A program made the translations under genes and the position numbers. Under the pieces are notes generated by a model. The model made no database searches and was not told the origin of the DNA. It saw nothing but the letters and a program-made list of their open reading frames with translations. DNA of 63,768 nt, counting the filler, from Octopus bimaculoides (taxonomy: Eukaryota): assembly GCF_001194135.2 (NCBI RefSeq). It is 4 parts of 4 records of this genome, joined end to end, with 100 filler letters (N's around TTAATTAATTAA, not from the genome) between each part and the next. Parts side by side here need not be neighbours in the genome. Positions count along the whole stretch, not along the records: positions 1 to 28,006 come from NC_068994.1; 3 more parts are not named here. The stretch is one strand, 5' to 3'. Shown one piece after another: positions 1 to 12,121 of this stretch (its first letter is position 1; each line of letters opens with the position of its first letter).

Positions 1-517
1 CTATTGTTGGATTCTGAGACACTTCGTTCTATTTCTCGATTAAATTCTATCGTTCTTTTCTAAAGTTTGTAAAATTACATGGTTGCTTTTTGTGTGTGTG
101 TGTGTGTTTCGGTTTTACTTTTGTTAATTTGTGAATGTGCTGTAATGATAACTGGTTGGTAACCAGAGGAAAGCCGAGGAATTGTTTGGTAGTAGGGTGT
201 GTGTTCCAGTTGGTTTAGTGTGGTGAACCGGGTTACTTGGGATGTAAAGGAGGCCCAGTTGCCATGGTATAGCGTTGTAGAAGTGGTGATTTTATTGTAT
301 TATGGAGGTAGTAGTTGTAGTATATAGAGAAACTTAATGTAGAGTGTAGTGGAGGGGGAGGTGGAGGCTCTAGAGGGTGTGGAGGATTACTATAATGTGT
401 AGAGATAGTAGAGTATAATGGAAGTTTGCAGTGTATTAGGGAGGTAGCAGCTGTGATGTATGGTATGTAGTGGAGCTGGAGTGTGAAATGGAGTAAGTAG
501 TGTACTGTGTTGTGAGA

Positions 518-691
518 GGGGATAAGTCGATTGCATCAATCCCAGTGCTCAGCTTGTGCTTCTTTTAATGACCCTGAATAGGATCACAGGTAAAGTTGAC
601 CTTGGCAGAATTTAAATTCAGTATGTTAAGACAGGCGAAATGTTGCTAGGCATTTTACCCAGCATTCTAATGATTCTGCCACCTTGCCGCC

Positions 692-692
<1 letters not shown>
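518..692 (-). mobile_element. tRNA-derived SINE, family A (head plus central block)
   Basis: Reverse complement reads AGGCGGCAAGGTGGCAGAATC...CTGAATTTAAATTCTGCCAAGGTCAACTTTACCTGTGATCC...GACTTATCCCC, matching the family A copies at 61118-62473. Confidence 0.85.

Positions 693-755
<63 letters not shown>
692..755. repeat. (TAA)n microsatellite between the SINE and an R4-type LINE
   Basis: About 21 perfect TAA units. Confidence 0.95.
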
Positions 756-758
<3 letters not shown>

Positions 759-1168
759 GAATAGAAAATGCCAGATAATTGACTTTACAGTCCCAAATAA
801 TGAAAAAATTAATATGAGAAGTATAGAAAAAATAGCAAAGTCCCAGGACCTGGCTGTTGAATTACAGAGACTATGGAAAGTGAGGGTAAAATGTATCCCA
901 GTAGTTATAAGTACATTGGTAACTATCCCTAAAGATCTGAACAGATGGATAGAGGAAATAGGCATAAAACCCAGTTTAGTGCAACTCCAGAAAACAGTGT
1001 TTTTAGGGACAGCTAGGATACTTAGGGAGATTCTTGTCATCTAAGGTTATTTGATGTAACCCAATAGGTGGGTTCTTGGAATCTAAGGCTACTTGTTGTA
1101 GCCCGATGTTAGGATTCTTTTCTTTTCCAACAGTCTAATCTGTTGAGTGTATATGAAAATAATAATAA
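756..1168 (+). mobile_element. R4/Dong-type non-LTR retrotransposon, 3' fragment (RLE C-terminus, 3' UTR, short AAT tail)
   Basis: Frame to stop at 1044: CQIIDFTVPNNEKIN...EKIAKSQDLAVELQRLWKVRVKCIPVVISTLVTIP...LQKTVFLGTARILREIL, a typical RLE terminus; ends in (AAT)3. Confidence 0.85.
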
Positions 1169-1169
1169 A

Positions 1170-2675
1170 TTTAGGAGACACTAATGTATTGATCTGTGCA
1201 AGAGAGGTAGTAGTTACTAGACGATTAGATATTCCAGAAGGAAAGATTTAAAAAGAGCAAATATGGCAAAGAAGATTACAAAATAAAGTGAAGACTTTAA
1301 GACAAGATCTGAGTAGAATAGAAACCTGGAAACTGAACAAGAGAGGAAACACAAGATGCAAATCTTCTCTAGAGAAAAGATACTTAGTCAAAGAGAAAGG
1401 ATTTGGGACAGTCATGGAAGAGTTGAAACTGCTTATCATAGCAGTAGTAGGTAAGCTTTCCAAATATCAGAAAAGAATATATCAGTATCAACAGAATAGA
1501 TTATTTAAAACAGACCAGAGGAGACTTTATAACCAAATAAATAGTGGAGAACGAAGTACTGAAGATGAGAAACCTAATGCAGAAGCAAGAAAGTTCTGGA
1601 GTAATATTTGAGATAAGCCAATCATAACGGAGATGCAGTATGGTTTTAAAAAAGTGAGAGGAGGAATGGTGAGTGAGATACAGGAAAAAAATTAACCATT
1701 TGCTCTACGTAGATGATCTGAAGTATTTTAGTAAGAATGAAAAAGGGATAGATTCCTTAATACAGACTGAAAGACACTTCAGCAAAGATACAGGCATGGA
1801 ATTTAGCATAGATAAGTGTGCAATATCAGTCATGAGAAGGGGACAGGTAGTCAACAGCAAAGGCATCCAATTATCAGATGGCCAGACATTAAAATAATTT
1901 AAAGGTGGAGAGAGTTATAAGTATCTAGGAGTATTAGAATCTGACAGAGTAATAACTGCAGAAATGAAAACGATTCAGAAGGAATACATCAGAAGGGTAA
2001 GGAAGCTAATGAAGCCAAAGCTAAATGGTCTGAATCTGTTGAAGGCTGTAAATACTTGGGCAGCATCATTACTTAGATACCCAGTAGCTTTTGTAGATTG
2101 GACAAAAACTGAATTGGCAAAGCTAGACAGAAGAACTAGGAAAGAATTCAATATGAATGGAGGACTCCATCCAAGAGTAGCAGTAGCATGATTATTCTTA
2201 CCTAAAAATGAAAGCGGAAGAGGGTTAATATCAGTAGAAGACTGCGTAGAGTTAGCTAGGATAGATATAGACTCCTATGTAGGTAACAATGAAGCAAGTT
2301 TATTAAAAGTTGCTAGAGTCATGGCAAGACATAGGGAAACCTAAAACCCAAACGAGGTTAAAAACCAGAAAAAGAACAGAAGTTATCTGACTGGCAGGAG
2401 AAGGCTTTGCATGGTAGGTTCCCCAAAATAGTTGCAGCAAACAGTAGTAGTGAGACATGGATATGGTTGCAGAAAGGATAGCTGAAAAGGGAGACAGAAA
2501 GGATAGCTGAAAAGGGAGACAGAAAGTTTGTGAATAGCAGCACAAGATCAAGCATGGAGGAATAATTGGATAAAAGCTAAGACTGACCAAATAGATTCCC
2601 AATGTAGGCTGTGCAAATCAAAAGAGGAAACCTTTACTCATATAGTAAGTGAATGTACTCATACAGTAAGTGAAA
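1170..2675 (+). mobile_element. R4/Dong-type non-LTR retrotransposon, decayed, internally deleted, truncated at both ends
   Basis: Pre-RT region (YQQNRLFKTDQRRLY...KFWSNI), RT core (NHLLYVDDLK; MEFSIDKC; YKYLGV), thumb (KLNGLNLLKAVNTWA; LDRRTRK; GRGL) and CRLCKSKEETFTHIVSEC knuckle; many stops and frameshifts; 25-bp tandem duplication at 2471-2520. Confidence 0.9.
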
Positions 2676-2896
2676 GTGCAAACAATAACTGACTCACCTG
2701 CCATTTCTCTCCATTTCCTCCCACCATTTTGGCTCCCCTACCAAAGGTTCTAGCATTCACCTCTCTCACCACACCATCCATATGTAAATTAACAAGCCAC
2801 GGAGACATTACACAATGTCCTTCACATCAAACCACTCACTTCACTACCCACCCTAACGTATGCCCTACTTTCACTATAGAAACAGCTTAAAAATAA

Positions 2897-2934
<38 letters not shown>

Positions 2935-4047
2935 AAAAACAAGAAATCATCATACTCAGTAGCAAAACAAGCAAAGGAATATCTAAGTGAATTCCAAATA
3001 CAATAAATTCTAGAATTAGATGTATTGGAAACAAGTACAGAAAAAGCTAAGTGTATGAAAACCCGTGCTAAAACTGTTGCCTTAGATATTCTTACTGATA
3101 AATGGCAAGAAGAACCTCTCAATGGCAAATACCCAAAGAGAGCGAATAGTGCCGATGTTGACAAAGCCCTTACCCCTCAATAGTTAGTGTCTTTTGGCTT
3201 AGAATCATAAACAGAAAGGTTTATCATAGTAGCCTAAGATCAATGCCTACCTACAAGGAACTACCAGGACAACATATTAAAGAACGGCAGTGGCCCAACA
3301 TGTCGTATATGAAAACAACAAAAGGAAACCATTGATCATTCTGTTTCCTTGTGATGTCTTCTTGTGCCAGCAGAGTATCTCAACAGGCATGACAGAGCAG
3401 CATAATATATTCAATGAGTAATTGGCAAAAACCTGGACTTACCCCAGGATAAAAACTGGTGGGAACACAACCCACCTCCAGTGCTTGAAAATGATCACAT
3501 CTCACTCCTCTGGAACTTCACCATTCAAACTGACAGAAAGATAGATGCGAATAGACCAGACATTGTATTGTAAGAATTTAGACAAAAATCATGCCTCCTC
3601 ATTGATATGACTGTCCCAGTCGACATAAATGTATCTGTCCAAACCTACCAAAAACTGAGCAAGTATAAAGATCTTGAAATAGAAATTGGCAAAATGTGGA
3701 ACCTCAAGACTAAAACAATACCTGTTGGAATAGGTGCCCTAGGAATGATGGCAAAAGGGCTGATTCCTACCTTGCTCAGATACCAGGAAACCCCAAAATG
3801 GCAGAAATTCAAAAGATAGTGCTCATAGGAACTGTCCATATCCTACGTAAAGTATTGTCTATGTAATCTCAAACTCATAGTTTTCTTATGTTTTCTGAAA
3901 CATTCTCTAGAACAATACTATGTGCAAAACCAAATATATGACACCCAAGGCATGACACCAACATGAACTTCTACCTTGTTGTCTCTTGGGGTCTCTGGGT
4001 GAGATTTAGAGTGAACTTGTACAAATACAAAGCAAAAGTCAAACATA
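2935..4047 (+). mobile_element. R4/Dong-type non-LTR retrotransposon, second subfamily, 5'-truncated
   Basis: WQEEPLNGKYP...DQCLPTRNY...CCHC remnant...RHD...LLWNFTIQTDRKIDANRPDIV...[15 protein letters not shown]...[16 protein letters not shown]...IGALG; stop at 3864-3866; preceded by (ATG)n at 2897-2934 and followed by (TAA)n. Confidence 0.9.
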
Positions 4048-4068
4048 TAATAATAATAATAATAATAA

Positions 4069-4099
<31 letters not shown>

Positions 4100-4288
4100 A
4101 AGAAGAAGAAGAAGAAGAAGAAGAAGAAGAAAAACAAGAAGAAGAAGAAGAAGAAGAAGAAGAAGAAGAAGAAGAAGAAGAAGAAGAAGAAGAAGAAGAA
4201 GAAGAAGAAGAAGAAGAAGAAAAAGAAGAAGAAGAAGAAGAAGAAGAAGAAGAAGAAGAAGAAGAAGAAGAAGAAGAAGAAGAAGAAG

Positions 4289-4324
<36 letters not shown>

Positions 4325-4338
4325 AATAATAATAATAA
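4048..4338. repeat. Compound triplet microsatellite (TAA)-(GAA)-(CAA)-(TAA)
   Basis: TAA 4048-4070, GAA 4071-4290 with two short interruptions, CAA 4291-4323, TAA to 4338. Confidence 0.95.
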
Positions 4339-5269
4339 GGATCTTGTTGATTAAGCCATGATCATCATTGATGGAGCAGATCTCTACAGAAAGATGTTCC
4401 AGCCTTGGCCAGCTTGACTTTTCGTTCCAATGAATCTTTCCGTATTTTCAAGATTGTAAGATGGGTATTAACTGAAGGGTCATACGTTTTAGTCACCTGA
4501 GAAACTATAAAAGTTAACATTTCAGCAGTTATCGACCTATGCGCTGTACAAGAAGAGAGCAAGCACAACAATACTGTTATCAGATGCCATCAGCTGTAGT
4601 AGAGTGACCTCTTCATAGGATCCTTTCTACCAACATCCTCAATAAATAAGTGAAGAGAGGAAACCAAAGCGGAAGGAGCGAACCAAAGAGATTAGACAAA
4701 CCTGACATCGGATGCTTCCTTTCGCGCTTGTTTCTTTCCTTCTTATTTCTTGTTGTTTTCTATTTTACTTCCATTTATTACTTTTTGGTTTACTTATATG
4801 TGTGTGTAACATACATATACACACTGGCTCAAACACGCACACATGCACGTACATGCACAAATACGCACACAAACATTCATCCATATACTTGTGTAGGTGT
4901 ACATGCACACGTGTTTCTTCAACTGCCCGTCATTTTACTTATTGTAGACAACGGTCTATTAACGTCAATCCATGTAGCTATGTAGATATTCCGGTTTTTG
5001 TTTTCCGGACACCAAGTAAAAATTTAGAGAACATTTTGTTTCCGTGTATCTTTATATTTTTAGCCCAATTGTTTTCGTTAATAACCAAAGGAAATAAAAG
5101 TTTACAAAAGCAAACACACACACACACACATAATTCTTACACAAGAATATTATTGACAGTGACTTCAAAGTTTCAGCCAGGTAAGCTATCATCGGACTGT
5201 GATATATTGAAGTTAATCTTGGCTTTATATAGCCTCTGCTGAGTAAAATCTTTGAATGGACATCTCTCT

Positions 5270-5716
5270 CGAGCTGATCTTCCAAGCACCTACTGACTGC
5301 TGAGAAGAACTCAAGTCAGGTGGTCAGGCCACCTTGTTCGAATACCTGATGCACGCCTCCCGAGAGGATGTTCTACAGCGAACTGTAGGCAAGCGCTCGC
5401 GAGGAGGACAGAAAAAGCGTTTCACGGTTGGTTTAAAAGCTCGTTGAAGAGCTTTGAGATCAACTCCGGTACCTGAGAAACACAAGCTCAAGACCGTCTT
5501 GCCTAGCAAAGCTGCACTAACAGAGATGCAACCTCTTGCTAAGAGAAAAGGATCGCTAGAGCACAAAGAAAATGTGAACTGCGCATGTCCATGTTCCCGA
5601 TCTGCAGTACAGCCTTCCGAGCTCGCATCGGACTAATCGGTCACAGCCGGTCACATCATGCCGTCTTCTCCCGTGTGATGTCCTTGGTCATCGCCGGCAA
5701 CGACGGACGAACGGCA
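5270..5716 (+). mobile_element. RTE-clade LINE, 3' fragment
   Basis: Across frameshifts: LRWSGHLVRIPDARLP...GKRSRGGQKKRF, then CPICSTAFRARIGLIGHSRSH zinc-finger-like end and RTE-type tail TTGGTCATCGCCGGCAACGACGGACGAAC. Confidence 0.85.
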
Positions 5717-5745
5717 GGTGCTCAGCCAGTAACCGGTTTCCTCAG

Positions 5746-5790
5746 AAAGTCTGATGAAACTGACCACCAGCAGAACTGCAAAGTAATTTG
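5746..5790 (+). ncRNA. Degenerate type I hammerhead-like motif (PLE type)
   Basis: AAAGT-CTGATGA-A-ACTG-ACCAC-CAGC-AGAAC-TGCAAA-GTA-ATTT; first box intact, GAAA box and stem II damaged. Confidence 0.3.
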
Positions 5791-6012
5791 TATTTGTAGA
5801 AATAAATATTACATTCTACGATTACATTGAATGCGTTGGTGAAACTGAACAAATTTGATCATTGAAATTTTGTGTGATTGAAAATTCAGCACTCAGATAT
5901 AGCCTTAAGGCAACTCTCAATTGAAATCAGCATATGTGTACACACACACACACAGACACACACACACACACGCACACACATACACATACACACACATACA
6001 CACACACTCGTG

Positions 6013-6044
<32 letters not shown>

Positions 6045-6417
6045 TTTAAATAGATATATACATATACATATTTCATACGTGTATTTGGTGTGCAAGATTC
6101 TTGATGTGAATACGTGTGTTGAAAGAAATGCTATTAAACCTTGGGAGAGGCATTATGCCGGTAATAAACACACGCACTGGTTCGGTCCTTTATTTATTTA
6201 TAAACAGTATTTAGTTTTTTTTTATTTGCTTCGAGTTTCACTATTCCAAAAAAGAATTATTTCACATTCTCGATGTTTCTAAAGTATTATTACGTCAAAA
6301 ACAGTTCTTACTGGTTAGAATAAAATTTCTAAAATGAATAAAGAAATTTAAAGGATTGCTTTGGTCCCATGACAGAACACCTGTGTAACACGTATGTACA
6401 TACATACATACATACAT

Positions 6418-6448
<31 letters not shown>

Positions 6449-6531
6449 TGCATACATGCATACATACAAGCACATACATAATATATATATATACATATCT
6501 CTCACTCCCGTTTTCTCTCTCTCCCTACCCC

Positions 6532-6598
<67 letters not shown>

Positions 6599-7351
6599 CA
6601 TAACATACATAATTCATCAGATCATATGTACAAATACACATACTCTTACGAGTGCGCGCGCGCAAATTAGCTATGTGGCTACCTATATAGTAAAGAAAAA
6701 TACTACATAAAACGAATTGCAAAAAGAAAAAAAAAAAGAAAGCAAATTATCCAATTCAACTATATGACGTCATTAACATGTCTGCTGTCCAGTTAGCGGA
6801 AATATATTCTGAGCCCTGAAACATTTCCTTCTTGAAGGCTGAAGTGTTTCCGGGCTGAGATAAAAAGCAGTGGCCTGTATCAGATTGTACAGAAGAATGG
6901 AAATATTTGGTGTCAAGTTTTGGTGTTTTGAGGCACCATTCGTAACTTCCGGCTCCACCCAACGTTTGTATACGATGCTTACGTATATGATCGTGTGTAC
7001 TGTTATACGCATGTAGGTAGGTTTCATAATGTATACAGCTACACGTCTATATATACATACATATATATGCGTATGTGTGTGTACATATATAAATATGTAC
7101 TCACACACACACATATGTACATGTATGTACACACACACACATATATATAGAAAGAGAGAGATATGTATATGTATATATATATAGGAAGAGAGGGAGAGGT
7201 AGGGGAGAGAGAAGGGTATAGTCTCATTTTTCTCGACGACATGAAGCCAAAATATTGTAAATAAATAATGGCTACCGATTATTGGTTGAATATTTTTGAA
7301 AGGTAAGAGATCAATAAAATATATTGCACTGAAATAGCAACTACAGCAGCT

Positions 7352-7384
<33 letters not shown>

Positions 7385-8234
7385 GCAACGGCAATAGCAG
7401 CAGCAACAGTAAACAATTATTTAGATAGTATACCTAAACCCACGCATGCAGTAGGTGGAAGTGAGGCCGATGCAACTAGATAAATATTAGACAACAACGT
7501 CGGCATGTCTACAAAAATACTTAGAAACAAACAGAAAGTCACTGATTAGGTTAATTATGGAACAGGGAAGGAAATAGCCGAAAATTTTGCATTATTATTA
7601 TTATAATTTTTTTTTTTTTTGTCTTGGAAACAAATACAATATGAATTAGAAGCTAATTACAGTGGAGATCAAATTTTAGATACGGGCGAAACAAAACGAA
7701 AAATAAAACATAAACAAAGGATAAATTCAAACGGAACCCGGAAATTATTCGCGAAAGAAATGGAGAGAGAATCCTCTACATGTTGGATGGATTATTCACT
7801 GACCAACAGACTTCGAGTCTGTCCTCATCAAAAGACACCAAATCTTTCCCCATCAACAAACACCAAGTTTGTCTTTATCTAAAAACTCCAAATCTGACCT
7901 CACAGATTTTGTCTCCTTAATCTTCAATTTCTACTGCTACTACAGTAGTTTCTATTCATCAGAACTAGCTTGTCTCACACCAGTCCTACTAACTTGCCTT
8001 TCCCCCCGATTCTTGCTGCTGCTCAATTGAAAATGAAACTGCGTTGATTTCATACATTACTCCACACCAGACGATTTAATACAAAAATAAAAAGAAAGAA
8101 AAAAGAGGTGATTAATTATGAAGGTTAGTAAAGAGAAGGCGTGAGGTAATATGTTCTGAACTAAAAGCAGAAACAGTTCTGATTTGAACGTTGATCAATG
8201 CCTCACCTAAAAACAAAGAAGAAAATAACTACAA

Positions 8235-8460
8235 AAACAAAATAAAACACGAATTCAGCATCAAGTGTAGGGTATGTAATAAACAAAAAGAAATAATTGA
8301 CCACATCCTGTATGGTTGCCCAGTCCTCACAATGACACATGTCCAGGGAGATGGCCACATAGGCTGCTATGTCTATTGAATATGCCGACATTTCGACCTC
8401 AAAAATAAAAATATGTGGTTTAAATATGTACAAACTCGGCATTTGATTATAAGACTAGAG
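8235..8460 (+). mobile_element. R4-type LINE fragment (CCHC knuckle)
   Basis: SIKCRVCNKQKEIIDHILYGCPVL, homologous to the knuckles at about 2600 and 3300. Confidence 0.6.
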
Positions 8461-8557
8461 TTATCTCGCCCACACCTGTTCAAATTAACTATGAAACCAA
8501 AGTGCATTTCCCAGTAATCATAATATAAAGAGTAAAGAAAATATATGTACTACGGCA

Positions 8558-8667
8558 GATATACATTATTTACATTACTTATATTTGACGGATATTTGTC
8601 CTCATCTTGTAAATATCCGTCAAATGTAAATAATGTACATAATTCATCTCTTAAATATAGAACTGTA
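8558..8667. mobile_element. Collapsed fold-back element: only the outer ends of the 31251-31824 family
   Basis: TACATTATTTACAT...TTGACGGATATTT (8562-8597) is inverted with AAATATCCGTCAA-ATGTAAATAATGTA (8611-8637); the 8644-8667 extension is the reverse complement of 31251-31274. Confidence 0.8.
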
Positions 8668-8705
8668 CTGTGGTAGATATGTAAACATCACACGGAAAGA
8701 AAGCT

Positions 8706-8804
8706 ACCCCGAAAGGATAAAACTTGACCTCAGCCTCGAAACGCTGAAAGAACGCTGATCAGCATTGTGTCTGACGCAGTAACGATTCTGCCAGCTCGCT
8801 GCCT
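8706..8804 (-). mobile_element. SINE family A fragment
   Basis: Reverse complement of head AGGCAGCGAGCTGGCAGAATCGTT plus part of the central block. Confidence 0.7.
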
Positions 8805-9009
8805 AACTAATAACAATAATTTGGGGATACAACATTAGCTATTCTGCAAATGTCCTCCCCATGTAATTTCAATATTTTAGAGAAAAATTTCTGTAATACA
8901 CATATGAACCTCAATCTTTCTTAGAAAACGACAAAAAAAGATATTATGTGCCCTATCGCAGCTATCATTCTTCTGCCTCTACACTCGTCTATTAACTGAG
9001 ACCGTTTGC

Positions 9010-9800
9010 CTTTCTTATCTACCTTTTAACAAATTTGCTGGGAGGCAGTGCCTACATCTTCTCTCTACCATTCTTGAAAAAATTAAGGTTTGGCCGAAGG
9101 GGAAAGCGTCGGTCTTTAGTCCTTTCGTTGCATCCATGACACAGTCTCTTTTGCAATAGCCACCAGACAGAAGAAAACTGCCTGTCCTTCCTGGCCAAGA
9201 GAAACCGGCAGGGCGATTATCAAGATAGAATTGGCCAGCATCCAGATCCATCCAACGTGGTTCAACAGTTGTTCGACAAAATTCTGCATGTCAGTAAATT
9301 TCAGACATTGAACTACTTCATGCAAAATGGTTTCGTCTCTATGTTCTCATTTCGGATAGGTCCGGTTGAGAGTACTATCATTCCTGTGGAGTATATCAGT
9401 AGTATTGCCAGACCATAGATTCCTAGGCGTTACCCACAGTACATGGGCTGAAAGCTGTCTGGAACACACTCGCTTGTTTATTCTTGTCGATAACTACTTT
9501 CCCCAAGAATGTCGTCGATCTTCCCTACATAGAATGCTAGCACAGAAGATGTACTAGGTACCCTAACTGACAGAGGGCTGTCAGCGCCTGACAACATTCC
9601 ATATGGCAGCTTTGATCTTAACTTGACTTAGGGAAACTAGTTCTGTTAAAGAGGTGTGCTGCAGAAAAATGTATCAAACGAAGTGCAACCACTCCTGTTC
9701 CAGAAAGTCATTGTAGATGCCGCAGCTCAGTGCATATTTGGACGTTATCAGCAACAGCGTACCGAGTCCCACGTATACAGGTCATAGACATCAAATCGAC
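9010..9800 (-). mobile_element. Heavily decayed coding-like segment, weakly resembling an RTE LINE 3' part
   Basis: GC-richer than flanks; minus-strand pieces RQLSAHVLWVTPRNL...DILHR and PRWMD fall in the order expected for an RTE C-terminus, but identity is marginal. Confidence 0.25.
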
Positions 9801-11104
9801 TTCTTGTCAGCCCATTTCTGGGTGTAACTGATAGCGGCGGTGTGGTGGTGTGATGGTTGATGCGCTTTCTTCTTGTTCTGTCCAATATGCTGGCTTTCAG
9901 CTTTGAGCGTTTTTTTTTTCTCTATTTTACTCTATTTTTCTCTTCGCTCAAAAAACGGCCTTTCAACGGTCTCGCCTTGACCCCGTTGCACAATGAGACC
10001 CTGCTGTCTATGAGTCCTGGGTCACATAGAAGTGGTGTGTGTGTGTATGTGTGTATGTTGTTGTCATTGCTGCAGCTGTTGTACTTGTTATCGTTTCTGT
10101 CGCTGCTGTGGTTATGGTAATGCTAGCAATGTAGGTTTTAGTTCTGTTGCCCACTTTTGTAATCTTTAAACTATAACCCTATATTTTCTGAGGTCAAGTC
10201 CCGCAAAGTTCGTCTTTGCTTTTCATCTTTCTATGTACCTATAAATGCTGTAAAATATTGCAAGTATTGCATCAATGTTAATCATCGTATATTGCATTTA
10301 CTTATATTTTGTGTCGTAGATGAATTTAAAGCTTACAGCCAGTTTTAGTTTAAACATAAACCCTTATATTCTTCGTTCAATTCTAGATAAGTTGAAAACA
10401 TATATTAATATAATATAGTGTCATTATACACTTTTAAATTCTATGCATATATAACTTTAATTATATATATGATAGAATTAATCTATAAAAAAAATGCATT
10501 CTTTAGAAGCCTGATGCATGTAGTTCATTGATATCAATCGAAAAATGTATCAAAATTATTTATTAATTTAAAAGATAATTATTAATTACTTCAATTATAT
10601 ATTATATACTTAATGCAATTCACATTTTAACTGAACAGCTGGTACAAAACGTATTTATAGAAGTTCAAATTTTCACAAGATATTTATAATGACGATGTAG
10701 GTATTTTACAGTGGGTAATGTACAATGTTAAGTCAAGGGTATAATTTACTTGTACAACATACCAGCCAATTAATAGAGTTTCTACTGCTTTATTCTAACC
10801 GGCTGAAGGTGTAAGATTTCCCTTCAATAACATTCGGGAGAAGGCGGAAACGAATTTGATAGCAGACATCCGACTAATACGGAGTAAATCTCGGAACAGA
10901 CAAGCTAGCATACACATACGCACACTCATACATCTACAAGCATCCATATACAAACACTCACACACGCATACACATAAGTATAACATATATACGTAATCAT
11001 ATACCCACAAACATACACTCTCACACATACATGAATACATAACTGTGTGTATGTATGTATATTTACACACACACACACATATATATGCGTATATATTTTT
11101 TTTT

Positions 11105-11206
11105 CTTAAGTCCAGGACTCATAGGGCCGATTACCCGGTTTCTATGGCGAACAAGCGAACGAAATCAAAACAGAACCCTTGAACGGGACGCCGGTACACC
11201 GCAGAG
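11105..11206 (-). mobile_element. SINE 3' part (family B-related)
   Basis: Reverse complement CTGCGGTGTACCGGCGTCCCGTTCAAGGG...CGCCATAGAAACCGGGTAATCGGCCCTATGAGTCC; similar copy at 26465-26582. Confidence 0.6.
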
Positions 11207-11242
11207 ATGAAGGCCAGCAATTTTCAGAAGAGTACCAGAATC

Positions 11243-11819
11243 GATTACATCTACCGATGAGACATGACACTGTAGCTAGGACACTCTATAATGAAATCCG
11301 TCGGAAGTATTATCCCGAGGATAAAGAAATAAAACCCCACGGTATGGTAGATGCCATAGCCACTCATAATAAAAAGGAATACCTCAATAAAATGTAAGCA
11401 CAACAGACCTGATATAATGATCTGGGATAGAGAAGAGAAACCGTGCACAATTGTGGAAATTACCTGTCCGGTGGATGTTAACATAAAACTGAAGATAAGT
11501 GAAAAAGATAACACCTATGCTGAACTATTGAAAAATCTGCAGTTACTTTATACAGATTACAAGTTCAGGTTTATAACTGTAATTATTGGGGCCCTAGGAT
11601 ATGTAATACACTGCCTAAATACCAATCTTGAGAAATTAGGCATCTGAAAACCAGAAAGGAGAACGATAATTCGAAGACTACAGATCCAATCCATCACTGG
11701 AACTGTAAAAAGCTGTAAAACTTTCTAGAAGTTTATCATTTAAATATGTATGAGCATATCTAGATATGTAACTATATGCATGATAATACATGCATAAAAC
11801 ATACAAATCTGCACATACA

Positions 11820-11853
<34 letters not shown>

Positions 11854-12089
11854 CATACATACATACATACATACATACATACATACATACATACATACAT
11901 ACATACATACATACCCTGCTGTTGATGTTGAAATTCCNNNNNNNNNNATGAAGGGGCCTCGGATCTGGGTTGGAAACCGATTGTTTCTCTGTTGGCAAGA
12001 AATCTTGAAATAAACTGAATAATGACATACATTCATACATACATACATACATACATACATACACACATACACACACATACATACATACA

Positions 12090-12119
<30 letters not shown>
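11243..12119 (+). mobile_element. (ACAT)n-associated RLE non-LTR retrotransposon, copy 1 (5'-truncated)
   Basis: LPMRHDTVARTLYNEIRRK...KCKHNRPDIMIWDREEKPCTIVEITCPVDVNI...IIGALG; stop about 11741-11743; 3' UTR with internal (ACAT)n at 11813-11913 and terminal (ACAT)n at 12025-12119. Confidence 0.9.

Positions 12120-12121
<2 letters not shown>

Noticed and set aside
3963-4361. Poly-R/F/N/L, YIYI, CVCV, HTHT and MYVC ORFs throughout the window
   Set aside because: They are open only because simple repeats lack stop codons in some frames.
4365-4545. Minus-strand exon after a good acceptor (HRSITAEMLTF...DLLHQ*)
   Set aside because: Its 3' part is a fragment of the interspersed repeat also seen at 24595-24775; no other support.
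5160-5180. 21-nt plus-strand micro-exon with CAG|GTAAGC donor
   Set aside because: Weak acceptor, no partner exons, and too short to separate from chance.
7619-7882. TGETKRKIK as a PLE GIY-YIG motif
   Set aside because: Single short motif without the flanking conserved Cys/His/Glu residues.
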